From assembly GCA_015680685.1 (NCBI GenBank), contig MNCI01001938.1, positions 1 to 64,000 of the forward strand: a DNA stretch of 64,000 nt, given 5' to 3'. Source of the stretch: Gnetum montanum (lineage: Eukaryota; Plantae; Gnetophyta). Below, piece by piece: positions 22,254 to 36,037 of the stretch. Within the stretch, counting starts at the first letter, position 1. The number at the start of each line of letters is the position of its first letter. The notes beneath the pieces are model-generated. The model saw only the letters and a list, made by a program, of their open reading frames with translations. It did not search any database and had not been told where the DNA came from. Made by a program: the position numbers and the translations under genes.

Positions 22254-25226
22254 CTAATCACGTAATTGCTTCCTAACTCGATGTGGGTTAGGCGAGGTGT
22301 ATGGCCTAGAAGACTTGAGGTGGTATTCCTGTAGGCCATCATCTGCCATTAAGAAAGGTAACTCTACCCACATGGTTTCTTCATGTAGATTGGTAGTTTT
22401 GTTTGGCTCATTTGCCAAACATTGAGTTTTAGCATGGATAGGTGACATGTCTTTGGAGATTTCTATCTCTAACCCTTGCTCCATGGTTATGTTATTTATA
22501 GCCTGAGGGGTTACACCATCACTGAAGATCACCACCTCTCTACCTTCATAGGGTATATGGATCTCTTGGTGTATTGGTGAAGAGACAACCCTTAATTAGG
22601 CTAACCAAGATCTTCCCAAGATCAAATTGAACCTAGGCATATTTTCTACCACAATGAATTCCACATAGGAGGGAATTGATCCCCTACCACAAAAATTGAT
22701 AGTGACGGTCCCCTTGACCACAACATGTGCCCTATTGAATGACTTCAAATAAGAAGTTATTGTGGGCTTGATCTAGTCCACTAGGCCCAGCTTGTCAACA
22801 ACAGGGAATAGGATCACATTGGTTGTGGCTCCATCATCAACATGCACACTACGAATCTTGTATTGACCTACATGAATCATTATAAATGTAGGGGTAGTGG
22901 TTACCTAACCCTTTTTAGAGTCAAGAACCCTTTGTCTAGATAGGACTAGTTTCATCAAGAAAAAGCTTACCTTGATTAATCATACGTTGGATATCATTTT
23001 TCAATGCCAAGTAGTAGTCCATGTCACAACCGCACAATTGGTGGTAGGTACAGAATCATTCTAGCCTCAAATTTTTAGGCATAGGAGACTTGTTAGGTAT
23101 GGCTACAAAGGGGTCTTGAAGGATCTCACAATACCTCTCATGATGCTTATAGGCCTCGTCTGATATTTGCTTATATTGAACGCACCCAACATTCAAAAAT
23201 TGATCCAATAGCTCCAATGGCTTAATTGGCAATAGGGTGTATTTTGAGTGATCCTTATGCTTAGAATTTTTCCTTGGCAAAGTTTGTGCCATGGTTGTTG
23301 ATGTTGAAGGTTGGCTAGCTCCCACATTGCTAGAGCTTGGCATTTTAGTGGTAATGGTTGTGGCCTTAGGTGTTTTGGAAGCTTGCTTATTATTATTAGG
23401 ATTAGTTTCATTAGTTATAGCGGCCACAGTGGTTGTTGTAGCCTTTCCCTTTTCCTTTTCTTTCTTCGCATGCACATTTTTGTAAGCTACATAAGCTGGG
23501 TCTTTACTAGCTTCTGCTGCATCTTGTATACTGTTGTCTATGCAAAAGCCTAGCTAAGGGTGCATGGTGCTAAATAGTATAGCTTAGATTTGATAAAATC
23601 ATTCAGAACACCTTTAAAAATGGCTAGTAGATGGGCTTCAGCAATTGGCTTACAAATTTCATTTAAGGTAGCGCTCCACCATTGTATGAATTTTTGGATA
23701 AATTCTAATGGTTTGTGTTTAACATTCATGAGTTGGTCTAAGGTGACCTTTGGCTTCATGTTGTACTTAAAGTGAGTCACAAATTGAGTCAACAATTCTT
23801 CCAATGTTGAAATAGATGCGCAGGGAAGTGTGCGATACCAATCTAAAGCTTTACCAGTCATGGACATGGCAAAAACATGAATGATCGCATGCGACCATGG
23901 CTATATTAATAAGGACTCAAATTTGAAAGTGACCAGATGGATGTTTGGATCATCTTCTCCATTGTATTTTGTGAATTATGGGAGTTGTACCCTAGGAGGC
24001 AACATAAGCGAAGGAACAACTTGGCTAATTGGGTCATCATGATAAAAGTACATTACTTGGATTGTTTCAGAGTCAGTTGCTTTAAGCCACTTGACTTCAT
24101 CAGTGAGGGTTTAAAGAAGCTAAAAGGCTTGGTCTAGACCCAAGGGTATTATGGAAGGTTGCATGGGTTGGGTTGCTTATGGTATTGCTGAAGCTTCCAT
24201 CATTGGTGGTGTTGTTGGCGCAACTAGTAGTCCCATTGGGGGTGCTAGCAAAGTAGCTCCCATTGGTAGCATTGTTTGAGTGGCCCACAACCTGGTGGGT
24301 GGTGCCATTGGAGTAGCTACCATTTGTGGTGTTGTGGGAATGGTTACCTGCCTAGTTGCTGGAGTAGCCCATAGCCCTATGGTTGGTTGCACCATGTGTT
24401 GAGATTGATACATTTGGGGTTGCATATACTATGGCATCTAAGGGATTTGAACGGTAGGAAAGGATGTCACTGGCCACCACATAGTTGATGTTAGAGCTAC
24501 TACTGGTGGTGGAATTGGCATAGAGGAGGTAACAGAAGTCGGGCCCATTTGTGGTTGTGATGTAGACATAGTATGTACATATGGTAACATAGGCATCATA
24601 GACATTGGTTGCAAAAATTGGATGGACTGTGAAGAAATACTAAAGGGAAAAGGCCAAAGCCCGTACATGCTATTGTGCTGACAACATTTGATGACTACCT
24701 ACTACCAAGGAAGGTTTGGGCTATGAAAGCATTGTAGCTATTGCCAAAGTGGTGAAGGACTATAATTGGTGTGGAAAGAACATAGAAGTGGAATATAAGG
24801 CTGTGGTGTAAAATGGACCACCACCTTAAGAATTGGATTCAAAATCCTCTTGCCCATCATGAAGGGGTTCCTCATATGAGACATCATGTCTAGCTATTTT
24901 GACCCACTCAATCAAATATGTTGATTCAATATCCATTTAAACATTTCAGTAAGTGGTATGATGGCATCAAGAGTAGGAAGGAACTCCCTTTCATTTTGGT
25001 GAATAATTTCAAAGTTACACTTTTCTTCAAATTCCTGATGGTCCAGTAGTAGGCCTGCTTGTATCTTTTCACATAAGAAGTTATATTTTTCTTCATCATG
25101 AGCCGTGCATTTGGGCAATTGATGTTGGAGTCGAAGAGACTACCATGGTATCTACACTGGGCTAAGTGGTTGCTCAAGATCTGTCCCCAAGCTCAAGGTG
25201 GTAGCTTAGGTGCTAGGTGGGTTCAT
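22254..25226 (-). pseudogene. gag: gag-protease of copy B with an internal deletion after the Cys/His knuckle
   Basis: MSMTGKALDWYRTLPCASISTLEELLTQFVTHF, FCTYHQLCGCD, VHVDDGATTNVI; ends HRVRKQLRD*. ATG at 25226 is homologous to 43532 and 57290. Confidence 0.85.
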
Positions 25227-25679
25227 TTTTTTTACTATGTCAAAAAGGACATAATAAAAAAAGAAACTTGTGAGAAATGGTGAAATATAGTAAAATTTGA
25301 GCTAAAACACTTAAATAGGTAAGCTACATAAAAAGTATGCTAAAAATGACAAAGTCTGGAAAAATTGGAAAAGTAGTGGTTTATGCTACTATGCTAGATG
25401 GGACTATTACGCTGAGAGAGTTATTATGCTACATGTGTTATGCTATATGTGTCACGCCACATGGAACACAGAGAGCTTAATGTAGTACACCATTTTTGGC
25501 TACTGGGATCCAATTGTACCAATCAAAACGTAAACAACCCCTACACTAGCCTGTTATCTAGCTACTGCCATAGCGGGTCCATAGGGGTGTTACATTTACG
25601 CTAGCCTATTGCTAGCGATAGAGGTATATAAGGCACACAAGACTACCCATAGTACATAGAAGAGACATAGAGGTTTAGG

Positions 25680-25696
25680 CCCTCCTTCTAGTGCCA
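25680..25696 (-). promoter_or_regulatory. Primer-binding site of copy B (TGGCACTAGAAGGAGGG)
   Basis: TGG-initiated motif a few bases inside the LTR end, conserved at 43064 and 56826. Confidence 0.7.
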
Positions 25697-25701
25697 AACA
25701 T

Positions 25702-27690
25702 TGTAGCACCTAAAAACTTCAATGGCTAGAACACTGAAAGGTTGTTAGGTGCACAGCCTAACCCCAAGTTCGTGGGAGGGCCGTGCTAGAGAAAATGGAC
25801 ATGAGGCACCCTGAATAGTCTAGTTGATTAGAAAGGAACTTACATGATGTCCAATAATAATTTTTGAATAGTATTTTTAGAGCATCACGTGTGGGAGTTG
25901 AAACAAGTAGGAACGTAGCACACATAATAGTGGTAGCATATCAAAATACATGTCTTAATGCATAAGGACCATAGAAAGAAAAAAATACATGATAGTTAAA
26001 AATATGTGTTGTAGAAAAATAGAATGAGAGTTCAAGTGAGGAAATGCACTACCCCAAGATTGGGGAACGTGACTTTTGATTGAATGATGTGTATAATTGG
26101 TGTGCATCGTAGACAGACAGAGCTGGGCAGTGAGGCAATATGGTCATAATCTCTGGGGCACTGTAGATGTAGTGTTGATAGACACAAAGGAGATGATGCT
26201 TGCTAGACTAAGAGTTGCTATGTTATGCATTTGTAGGTGTTACGCTCAAGTGTAGGAGTGGAAAAAAATTTGAAGGCTCTAATGCTGAGATTTGCTACTC
26301 ATCAACCTTTTGCTTGCTAATCTTCTGCCAAGGGCAACTACAAAAGCCAACCCTTAAAATGTTGATTACTAGGGTATTTATAGAGCTAGGGTTGNGGGGG
26401 GAAAGATGTGGTTTAGACACCACATGTCCTGGACCCTACATAACATGAATGTGGATGTGTCACACTCATGTGCTATGCTCAAAGTGTGGTGCTACGCTTG
26501 ATAGGACAAGAACAAGGACTGAAAATATACCAAAATATGACCATATTTCCTACACTACATGTGCCAAAATCTAAATAACTTCCATGTTTATAAGAAAATT
26601 CCTAGAACCAATGAAAATTAGAGCCTACACTCTAGGACTACGTTTTTCCTCCTCTTTCGAGTAGGGTCAAGCATAGGAAATATTTTTGGGATCAACATGG
26701 TGTGTAAAAACAAAAAGGAATTACTCATTTTGGTTATTAGAGAGATGCTAAAGTAGGAATGATGGTGATGATAAGTTCTAGGAACTTTTGGAGGTGTTCT
26801 GAGGCTTTTTCCAAGTATTACCCTATCTATGCTGTTTAGAGTAACGGGGCGTAGCGTGAACACAGTGTAGTAGAGCATAGCACTTATTTTCAATGAATAT
26901 TATCAAGAAACTTAAGACATCACTCTGAGATTTAGCAAGATAAGCAACTTCTTCAACCAGAAACTACACCTTTCATGTTGAAAGAGCTTGATACCTCCTG
27001 GTTTCATTCTTGGAAAATTTTGACCCTAGAACCTTTGCTATGCTATGCTATGATGCATAGTGTAGCATAGCATAACATCTAATTTTGAACAAATTTTAAC
27101 CCAACTTGCAATGCTTTGCCATGGGACCTTGATCATGCTCTGAGGACGAAGTAGGATAGGAAGCTTTAGAGGTTGAAGAATTGCCAAATGCACCTTCTAT
27201 GTCTGGTTCAACACTTAGGAAAATTTTAGCCTTGCATGGCCTACTACACTATGTATGCTGTGTAGCATAGCGAAGCATAACAGGTCCAAAAATAGAAAAT
27301 GTTTTGAACTATTTTGTCCATCTTGAACACTTTTAGCAACTCCTAGCCTAGCATCTGGGTGGACTAGTAATTGGAACATGTGTTAAACTGGGCAAGCTAG
27401 AGAGCGTAGCAAGCTTAATGGCCTAAAAGATAGAAAGTTTGTCAAAATGTTTATTCCACCCTCAATGTTCCTTTTGTGTAAACTTGCCTTGAAAAAGGGT
27501 GCTATGTTGACTGTCCCGAGGAGCGTAGCAGACAGACCTAGAAGAAACTTTGTAGACATTAGGACTTCCAAGGTGCCATGCTATCTATGTGGCCAAGCAT
27601 GACACCACACTTGAAGAAATTTTGCCTAGGTCTCAATGCTTGGACAAATTTCATGCTAAGTCATGAGAGCCCAAAATTGATGGCGTTTCA
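25702..27690 (-). repeat. 5' LTR of copy B (~1.99 kb)
   Basis: TGAAACGCC...GGTGCTACA termini on the minus strand; TATA at 26375-26382; followed by the PBS. Confidence 0.85.
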
Positions 27691-28867
27691 CTAACTAACT
27701 ACAAAGCACTTCAATTTTTCAATTTCCAAAAGAAGTTGAGTGCTATACACATGAAGTGGGTTACATAATTACAAGAGTTCAATTTTGTGCTCAAGCACAA
27801 AAGTAAAAAATCAAATATGATAGCTAATGCATTAACTAGGGTGCATATGATAAATTTTAGCATGCCTCATGTGGAAGGTATGAGTGATTTTGTTGATTCG
27901 TATAAATATGATTGTGATTTTGGGTAGGTTTGGAAGAGTCTCAAGGAACCATGTTGAGTAGGGTAGACCAATGAAGGGAGTATCATGTTTAAGATGAATT
28001 ATTATTTAAAAATGATATGGTATATATTTCCACTTTTGATTTTAGAAGAAAATTTTTGGTTAACAACCATTGATGTGACATAATAGGTTATATGGATAGA
28101 GATAAAACATTAGAGCTTATGGGTAGGTACTATTTTTTTTATCTAGAATGATAATTGAGTTTTCAAATTTGTGAATGAGTATTTAACATGTCAAAAATTT
28201 AAAGGAGATAAAGAAGTGGATGGACATTATATGTGTTTACTAATTTCTAAGGACCCATTGGAAAGTATATCAATGGAATTTGTGAGTAGGATTCCAAATA
28301 TCAAAAGTGGGAATGATGCTATCTTTGTTATGGTGGACAAATTATACAAGTTGATATACTTCATTCAATGCAAAATGATAGGTGATGCATCTCATGTTGC
28401 AAATTTATCTTTTCAACATGTTGTGAAGTTTCAAGGGATTTTTTTAAATATTGCTAGTGATAGAGACTTCAAGTTCACGAGACTTTAAGTTCACTAGTAA
28501 TTTTTTAAGGGCCCTTTAAAAAATTTTAAGGACAAAGCTAAATTTTTTTAGTGCATATCATCTACAATTTGGTGTCAAAACTGAAGTGATGAATAAATAT
28601 TTGCTAAATATTTTGAAGTGTCGATGTGATGGACAGCCTAATCAATGGAAGCATTTATTGTATGATGCTAATTTTTCCTAAAATAATTCTTTTCATGTTG
28701 CCATTAGTAAAAGCCCATTTGAGGTAAATTATTAGTTTTATCCAAAGATGGCGGACCATGTAAGTTGATTTGAGGGAGATGCTCAACCAAGTGCTAATGT
28801 TGTACAAGAGATGAAGAATCTTCATGTACAAGTAAAGGATAATCTTGAGAAGAAGGCTAAAGAAAGT
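27691..28867 (+). pseudogene. Old chromovirus-type Ty3/gypsy RNase H end and integrase remnant
   Basis: LQEFNFVLKHKSKKSNMIANALTR; PLESISMEFVSRIP..DAIFVMVDKL..DASHVANLSFQHVVKFQG..IASDRDFKF. Very AT-rich and decayed. Confidence 0.8.
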
Positions 28868-29763
28868 TGATGAAGTGTTTAGTTGATACGTTAACTAGGC
28901 CATGTTAACAGAGCCTCGTTGATGCACCCACAATGACGTGACCTTGTCAATGTATCCATCCATGCGTTAATGCAACCTCATTGACACAGAGTCTACCTTC
29001 CACTATAAATATGCATGCACCCACATCATTTATGGAATATTTTTGGTATTTTTAACGAAGCTCTTGTAGTTTGTTTCCATGAAAGTTAGAATATTTCCCA
29101 AGTTCCATAGCATGAGTGAGAAAGGTGTATGGTTCTTTATTTGAGCGCTAATGTACCTGAGCCCATTGGGGTATGACTAGCAATAAAGATGAGCTTTTGA
29201 ACATTCCTTGTAGCATTTGGATTTAATTACTTAACCATTAAAATAGTTTAATATTTCAACACTTTAATAATTCCAAAAGCTTTTATTATTATCACTTTAT
29301 GATTATTTTCCTTTCCATAGTTTATGAGAGCCATAGGCATGACCATCTTGAACATATATCGAACACTTGGTAACCTAGTGATGCTTGATGTCTGATAATC
29401 CAGTAGTGGTTAGGATATGCTCAAGATGTGCATGGAAGATGGGATCAGTTTCTTATGATAGGGAGAGTTAAGTGATAGAGTAGAATAATCACATAATTAT
29501 ACAACTTTCCATTTTCTACATAAAAAGAATTAGACCTTAAAAGATAAAAAGAAAACTGATAAAAATCATTTGCCTCAATCTGACTCAACCATCGCTTTAG
29601 AATATCATATGTGAGGTTGCAAAGACAATGACCATTCTATCTGAGGTTTTGCTAGCTAGAACTTGGTGTATTTAAGTTCTTACAGTATATGGAATTCAAC
29701 TAAGTTGCACGTGAATGCTTGTGATTTGTATGGTTGGGTGTAGGGGTACCTCACCACTCATCA
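28868..29763 (+). repeat. 5' LTR of the Athila-like element
   Basis: Inverted termini TGATGA/TCATCA, TATAAATA at ~29004, homologous to 43760-44502. Confidence 0.75.
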
Positions 29764-29764
29764 T

Positions 29765-29781
29765 TGGTGTCATTGCTAAGG
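29765..29781 (+). promoter_or_regulatory. PBS (TGGTGTCATTGCTAAGG, decayed TGGCGCCGTTGCCGGGG, tRNA-Asp type)
   Basis: Differs from the Athila consensus PBS only by C>T/G>A changes and abuts the LTR end. Confidence 0.7.
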
Positions 29782-30859
29782 ACTGTTAGTCTTACATGTG
29801 CTATCTAGTCTTAGCAAGATCACCATTCACTTCGTTGAAATGAACCTAGTATATTAAAATCTATGCACCCTAGGTAGCTTAAGTAAAAGAATAAGGCACA
29901 CCAATGTAGTTGTTATTTAACATCAAGAATGTATTCTTCTCATAGGTGATACAGATCCAACCCACCAGTGATATAGGAATGTTGGGTGGTATACACACAT
30001 GCAAATGAGTATATACCCAGCTTCACTTTTATCCTACATTAGGATGAGCATCTACGATGGCAAGACATGGAGGGCAACATCATATTACCTCCTGATCGAT
30101 TGGTTCTTAGGATGCTACTCCAGACTCTTGCTAGACTAGGCATTCAAAACTGCAATGTGGAATACATAATGGAGGATGATGGCTATCAAGACTATTGTCC
30201 AAATGAGGCAAAACATGCATGGAACCAGCAACAAGTGGAACACCATGAACACATAAAGGGGAAATAGTTCAGTAACCCTTTGTTCTTGCAAGACCTGCAT
30301 GATGATGAGAAACCTATTTTCCATGATTCCCGTTTGGCTAAACCTCCTCTAATGCATCAGATTATCTAGTTTATCATTCAAAGTAAAAAATCAAGTGACC
30401 GGGAGCCCCAGGATTATGGGGGATTGCATAAAAAAGATCATGGAAAAGGGGAATATGTACATGAAGATTGAGGCCGTTACCAAAGTAGAGGAGGGAACTG
30501 ACACCATGGAAGTGGAAATTCTCCTCCCTCTTCTCCATATTCTCATTCCACTTTGTCTTCACCAGGTTCTAACTACAATCGCAACTATCATAGGAAGGAT
30601 CGAGGTGGTAGCAATCGAAAAGACTGATAAGATCGCAAGGATCGATGTGGATGATGTGATGAAAAGCATGACCAATCACACAAGACTCATCATCAAGAAA
30701 GAAGAGATAGTCAAAATTGTCACAGACATCATGGCCGTCAGTAGGACTATGACTTGAATGAACCATTGGTGGCTACTTGAAGCATGCTTAACATATCCAA
30801 GGTAGTTCAAATACCCAGTAGGCACTTGAAAGACAGTCGAATCAGGTGCCTTGATATGA

Positions 30860-33800
30860 ATAACATCTCCAAATTTGAAGGGGGATATAATTGTGATCCA
30901 CCGACTTACTTGTAAGCATTTCATGATGCTTGCACCCTGCAGAATATAGACAATGATTGGCAGAAACTCAAACTATTCCCCCGAACACTCATCAAGGAAG
31001 CAGAGAGCTGGTACTAATCTTTAGAGTCAAAATCAATTAGGTAATTGAGTATGATGTTGGAAATTTTGAATGATAAATACCAAACCTACTCTAGAGTGTC
31101 TAATCTGAGATGATACATTCAAGCATGGAAACAAGGTGGTCATGAACCCTTGGATGTAGCCATGGGTAGATATTACTCATTGTTACATTGATGCCTTGGT
31201 TATGGAGACTCTCAGTGGGAATAACTCTACCATATCATAGATGGGCTCTACTTTGAAATAAGAAAGACCCTTGGTGTTTATGCTCAAGGACGACTATCAT
31301 AGTTAAGGACCCATCAACTGCAATGCTTAATTGAACAAGTAGCCAAAGAAGAGGGGGAACTAAGGAAAAAGGAAAGTGTAGAAGAATATAATTGGGACCC
31401 TTCCATATGGAAGAAGGAAGTCGAATTTTTTTAAGATGAGGAAGAATAACCACTAGATGCAGTGGTGAACTAGAAACCCTTGCCTATACAAAAATTTTCT
31501 TCTAAAATTTTGGCCAAGGATGACAAGATGTGGGATTCTTTGGATGAAAAATTCCAAAGTATCCTGNTATTAGGCTAGAAAAAAGGGTGTTTCCATGGTT
31601 TCAATTCTAGTCCACTTAGCTAAGAAGCCAATTGTAAGTTGATAGCCTTCATGGCATTACATTGTTGTGGCTGTGGTGGTATTTCTCCCTACATAGGTGG
31701 AGTAGGAGGTAGCTGAGTTAAGGGCTGATGAGTATGTATGGCAAGAGAAGGTGGTGTAGGATAGTGTAGATATGGGTTTTCCTCNATTCACTTAGAAAAA
31801 AGGTAAACACCTCGAAGATTTCCTTATCCACAAGGTAATCCCAAGCATTTCTACCAACAACAAGGATATTATCCAAGTAGAGCACCACTGTAACCTTAGG
31901 AGTATTACTAGAAATGGCAACATCCCTAATCATGGGGGATGCCACCATGAAGGCAGCAGTAGTCTTACCGATAGCTAGATCCTTATGGGTACTATGGTCA
32001 GTAACCAGTCTCCCCGTGGGACTCTTCTAGTCACACACCTTTTCAAAATCATTACTACCCCCTGGAATACTTCTGAACTCAGTCTCCATCACCTAATGAG
32101 GAAAACCCATATCTACACTATCCTACACCACCTTCTCTTGCCATACATACTCATCAGCCCTTAACTCAGCTACCTCCTACTCCACCTATGTAGGGAGAAA
32201 TACCACCACAGCCACAACAATGTAATGCCATGAAGGCTATCAACTTACAATTGGCTTCTTAGCTAAGTGGACTAGAATTGAAACCATGGAAACACCCTTT
32301 TTTCTAGCCTAATATCCCAAACATACCCTCATGTTCACCTATGGTCAGTGCCTTTGAACCTCCAATCACCTCCACCATTCAACCCTTTGAGTAACCTTCA
32401 AGCGAAACTCCTCTGAAAGTACAAACCATAATGCTAACACATGCTATAATGGACTAGATAAAGGTAGGTCATATTCCTTGGAAATCAACTAATCTAGGGA
32501 GTTCCATCATATACCTTCAAGTGGTAGGAAATGAGCCATGTAAAGCTCTTTTCGATTGAGGATCAGGTGTTAACTTGATTTCACATGATATGTACAAGAC
32601 TTGGAACCTGCCCCCATTGAAGAAAAGAAACATTTGGCTTAAGCTAGCAGACCAATCCATTACTATTCCCTTAGGATTGGTTGAAGATATTGTGGCCACC
32701 ATTTGTGGGTGGTCCTATCCTATTGACTTCCTAGTCATCCATGTTGATAATTGCAAGTGAAATTTTCTGATCATAATGGGAAGAGCCTGGCTTGGCACAA
32801 TGGATGCATGATTAGGACTTTGAGATCTTTCCCTTAAAATTTTAAAAGAAAATCCTTTTGGGACGATTGAGAAGAAGCACATTCCATGCATCATGTACAG
32901 TGAATCTAGGTGCAACTTTGTGTAGCAACTTTGGTTCGCTAAGTGGGCATCCATTCAAACATGAAGTTAGTGTGCCAAAGAATCATAGATTCAATGATGC
33001 ATGTACACAATAGCCACTACTCAAGAAGGTACCTAGTGGCTAACCACTAACTTTGATAGTAGCACTTTATGCATGGAATCCTCTGAGGACCTTGTATGTG
33101 CCTATATGGAAAGCATGGACGAATTGGAAAAGGTCTATCAACAACTTTTTACTATTGATGAAAATGATGATTGGGAAAAGCTACAAATCTCTGAAAGCTT
33201 TAGATAGGATCCCTTAGAACTAAAATCCTTACTAGCCAATCTGGAATATGCATTCTTGCAGAATGGCAAGCTGGTAATTATTAATGCCACTCTTGCTCCT
33301 AAACAAAAGAAGAGACTACTAAAGATGGTGAAAAAATGGATGGCTAATTTTACATGGTCATATCATGAATTGATAGGAGTTGATCCTAGGGTATGTCAAC
33401 ATCAAATCTATATCAACCCCTCCATGAAGCCACAATGACAGCCACAAAGATGATTGAATCCCAAACTGAAGCAAGTTGTCAAGGATGAAATTGAACAATT
33501 GATGAAAGTCAGGTTCATCTATTCCATTATGGATAGTGAATTGGTTAGCCCACTCATTATAGTGCCAAGGAAGGATGGAAAATGGAGCTTTTGTATAGAT
33601 TTATGATTACTAAATATGGCAACCTTTAAGGCTCACTTCCCACTTCCATTTGTAGATCAAGTGTTGGATACCATTTGGGGCATTGTTACTATAACTTCTT
33701 GGATGGTTATAGTGGATATAACCAAATCTAGATCATGCCTGAAGACTAGGCCAAGATAACATTTACAAGTCCCTAGGGAACTTTTTCATACAAGAAGATG

Positions 33801-36037
33801 CCCTTTGGCCTATGTAATGTGCCTGCAACCTTCTAATGCCTAGTCCTTAGCATCTTTCAGTAATAGATTGGTAATGGAGTAGAGATTTTCATGGATGACT
33901 TCTCTACCTATGGAGCAACGTTTTAGTAAGCCTTGGACCACCTTGATCAAGTTTTAAAAATATCTATGGAAACTAATTTATGGCTCAATCGGCAAATGAG
34001 CCACTTGATGGTCCAAGAGGTCATTGTTTTGGAACAACAAATTTTACAAGCAGGGATTGGTGTAGATCTTGAAAAAAATAGGATTATTCAAGGAATCACT
34101 AGTCAACCAAGCACTGTAAAAGATGTGTGTTCATTCCTTGGACACACTGGTTACTACTGACACTTCATCAAGAATTTCTCTAAGATCTCCAAGCTATTTG
34201 TGGAGCTAACAATGAAAGACATTCTATTTATCTAGACTAGGGAATGTGAGTTTGCATTCTAAACACTAAAATAGAAACTCGTAGAAATTCCAATTCTATG
34301 GGCACTTGACTAGTATAGACCTTTTAATATCTTGAAAAATGCATCTAATTATGCATTGGGAGTCATGCTTACATAATTGGATGACTGGAGATGCCCATAT
34401 TATATCACTGTGCAAGCCAAAGCATTATGGGTTCTCAGGTCAATTACACCATCACTAAAAAGGAATTAATGATGGTGGTGTTCACCTTGGAAAATTTCTA
34501 ACACTATATGCTTAGATATAATGTGTTTATACATACTAATCATAGTGCCATCCAATTTCTTATAAACAAACCAACTTTAAGCCCCTATATCATATGATGG
34601 CTCATGATCATTCAGGAATTTGACCTTACTATGGTAGATAGGAAGGGAACTAAGAATTTGGTTGGTAATCACTTATCTTAGTTATGATGGAATAACACAG
34701 AGGAGGAGGAGCCACTCTTCGATCAATTTCTAGATGAACTCCTCTTCGGTGGAGCAATCAAAAAGGAAACACCCACAGGATCAACTTGGTTTAGCAACAT
34801 CCTCATCTATCTTTCAACAAAAGAGTTACCGAAGGAGTGGCATCATTAGAAGAAGCAACAGTTTCTTCACAAGGCCAAGCACTTCATGGAAATCAATGGA
34901 CACCTTTATAAGGTGTCTGTAGATGGCTTGGTTTGATGGTGCATCCTTGATCTGGATAAACTACACATCCTTCAAGATGCTCATGAGGACCCTTGTGGTG
35001 GCCACTATGCTAGATGACACATCGTCATTAAGATCCTGCTTGTAGGGTATTACTGGCCTACACTCTTTAGAGATGCTTAATGGTTTGCCCACTCCTGTGA
35101 ATGATGTTAGAGAGATGGTGGGATGAGAGCATGAATGAAGGGACCTTCATAGTGGATCTAGCCACTAGAACCCTTCGATATTTGGGGCATCAATTTCATG
35201 GGTCCCATAACACCCATGTCCAATAGGAAGGCATATATCATTGTCCCAATAGACTATTGTACCAAGTGGGTAGAGGTGGCAGTTGTCATTGACTGTTCCT
35301 CAAACACAACTGCATGGTTTTTCCAACAGCAAATCATGAACAAGTTTGGTGTGCCACGTGCACTTATTTTAGACAATGGCACTCATTTCATGGGTACTAA
35401 TTTTTGTAAACTCATGTAGCACTTGGGGTCTGAACATAAATTTACAATAGCCTATCACCCCCAAGCCAATGGGCAAGCTAAAGTCACAAATAGGGAGATT
35501 ACAAGGATCCTAACTAGGATCATTAGAAAATAAAGGAGGAATTGGAGCACAAAACTTAATGATGCCCTCTGGGCCTATCGCTCCACATGGAAATTTCCTA
35601 TAGGCTACTCTTCTTACAAGTTAGTGTATGGAAAACTACCAAAACTTTCAATTTAGGCAAAATGCTAAACCCTATCTATAGCCATTGACTTGGGTCTTGA
35701 CTTATCACTAGCACAACAAGAACAACTCATCAACTTAAATGAGATAGATGAGATTTGACTAGTAGCCCTTTCATCAAATGAAATACATAAGGCATATATT
35801 AAAAACCATCATGATCTTAGGATTCGAAAGGTAACATTCCAACATGGAGATAAGGTCCTCTATTGGAACCCCACACATGCACCACAATGTACTAAGTTTC
35901 AAACATTGTGGGAGGGACCTAATATTGTTTCTGAAATCTTTCAATCTAGGGCCTTATTGATACACAAAGCTTAGGATCCCACAAAAACATAGTTAGTTAA
36001 TACGCACCAATTAAAACCCTTCCATGAGCTTCAATGA
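30860..36037 (+). pseudogene. pol: Athila-like gag-pol remnant
   Basis: KLKLFPRTLIKEAESWY (gag); ALFD*GSGVNLI..LKLADQSITIPLGLVEDI (PR); LDGYSGYNQI, MPFGLCNVPATF, VEIFMDDFS (RT); HEDPCGGHYA, WGINFMGP, DYCTKWVE, YHPQANGQA (INT). Confidence 0.88.

Larger units (their letters stand above)
10432..27690 (-). mobile_element. Tat/Ogre-like LTR retrotransposon, copy B (degenerate, near full length, RT deleted, 3' LTR interrupted by copy A)
   Basis: Order on the minus strand: LTR 27690-25702, PBS, gag-pro, antisense gene, RH-aRH-INT, tandem repeats, LTR 11998-10432. Confidence 0.85.

Noticed and set aside
30395-30757. 120-aa ORF and many other short ORFs overlapping TE coding regions
   Set aside because: Alternative-frame or antisense shadows of degenerate gag/pol or LTR sequence, with no independent support.
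31568-32314. Apparently perfect ~217-bp inverted repeat (31568-31784 vs 32098-32314) inside Athila gag
   Set aside because: The first arm is bounded by single Ns at 31567 and 31785 and looks identical to the second in an otherwise heavily decayed element; most likely a gap-filling or assembly artefact.
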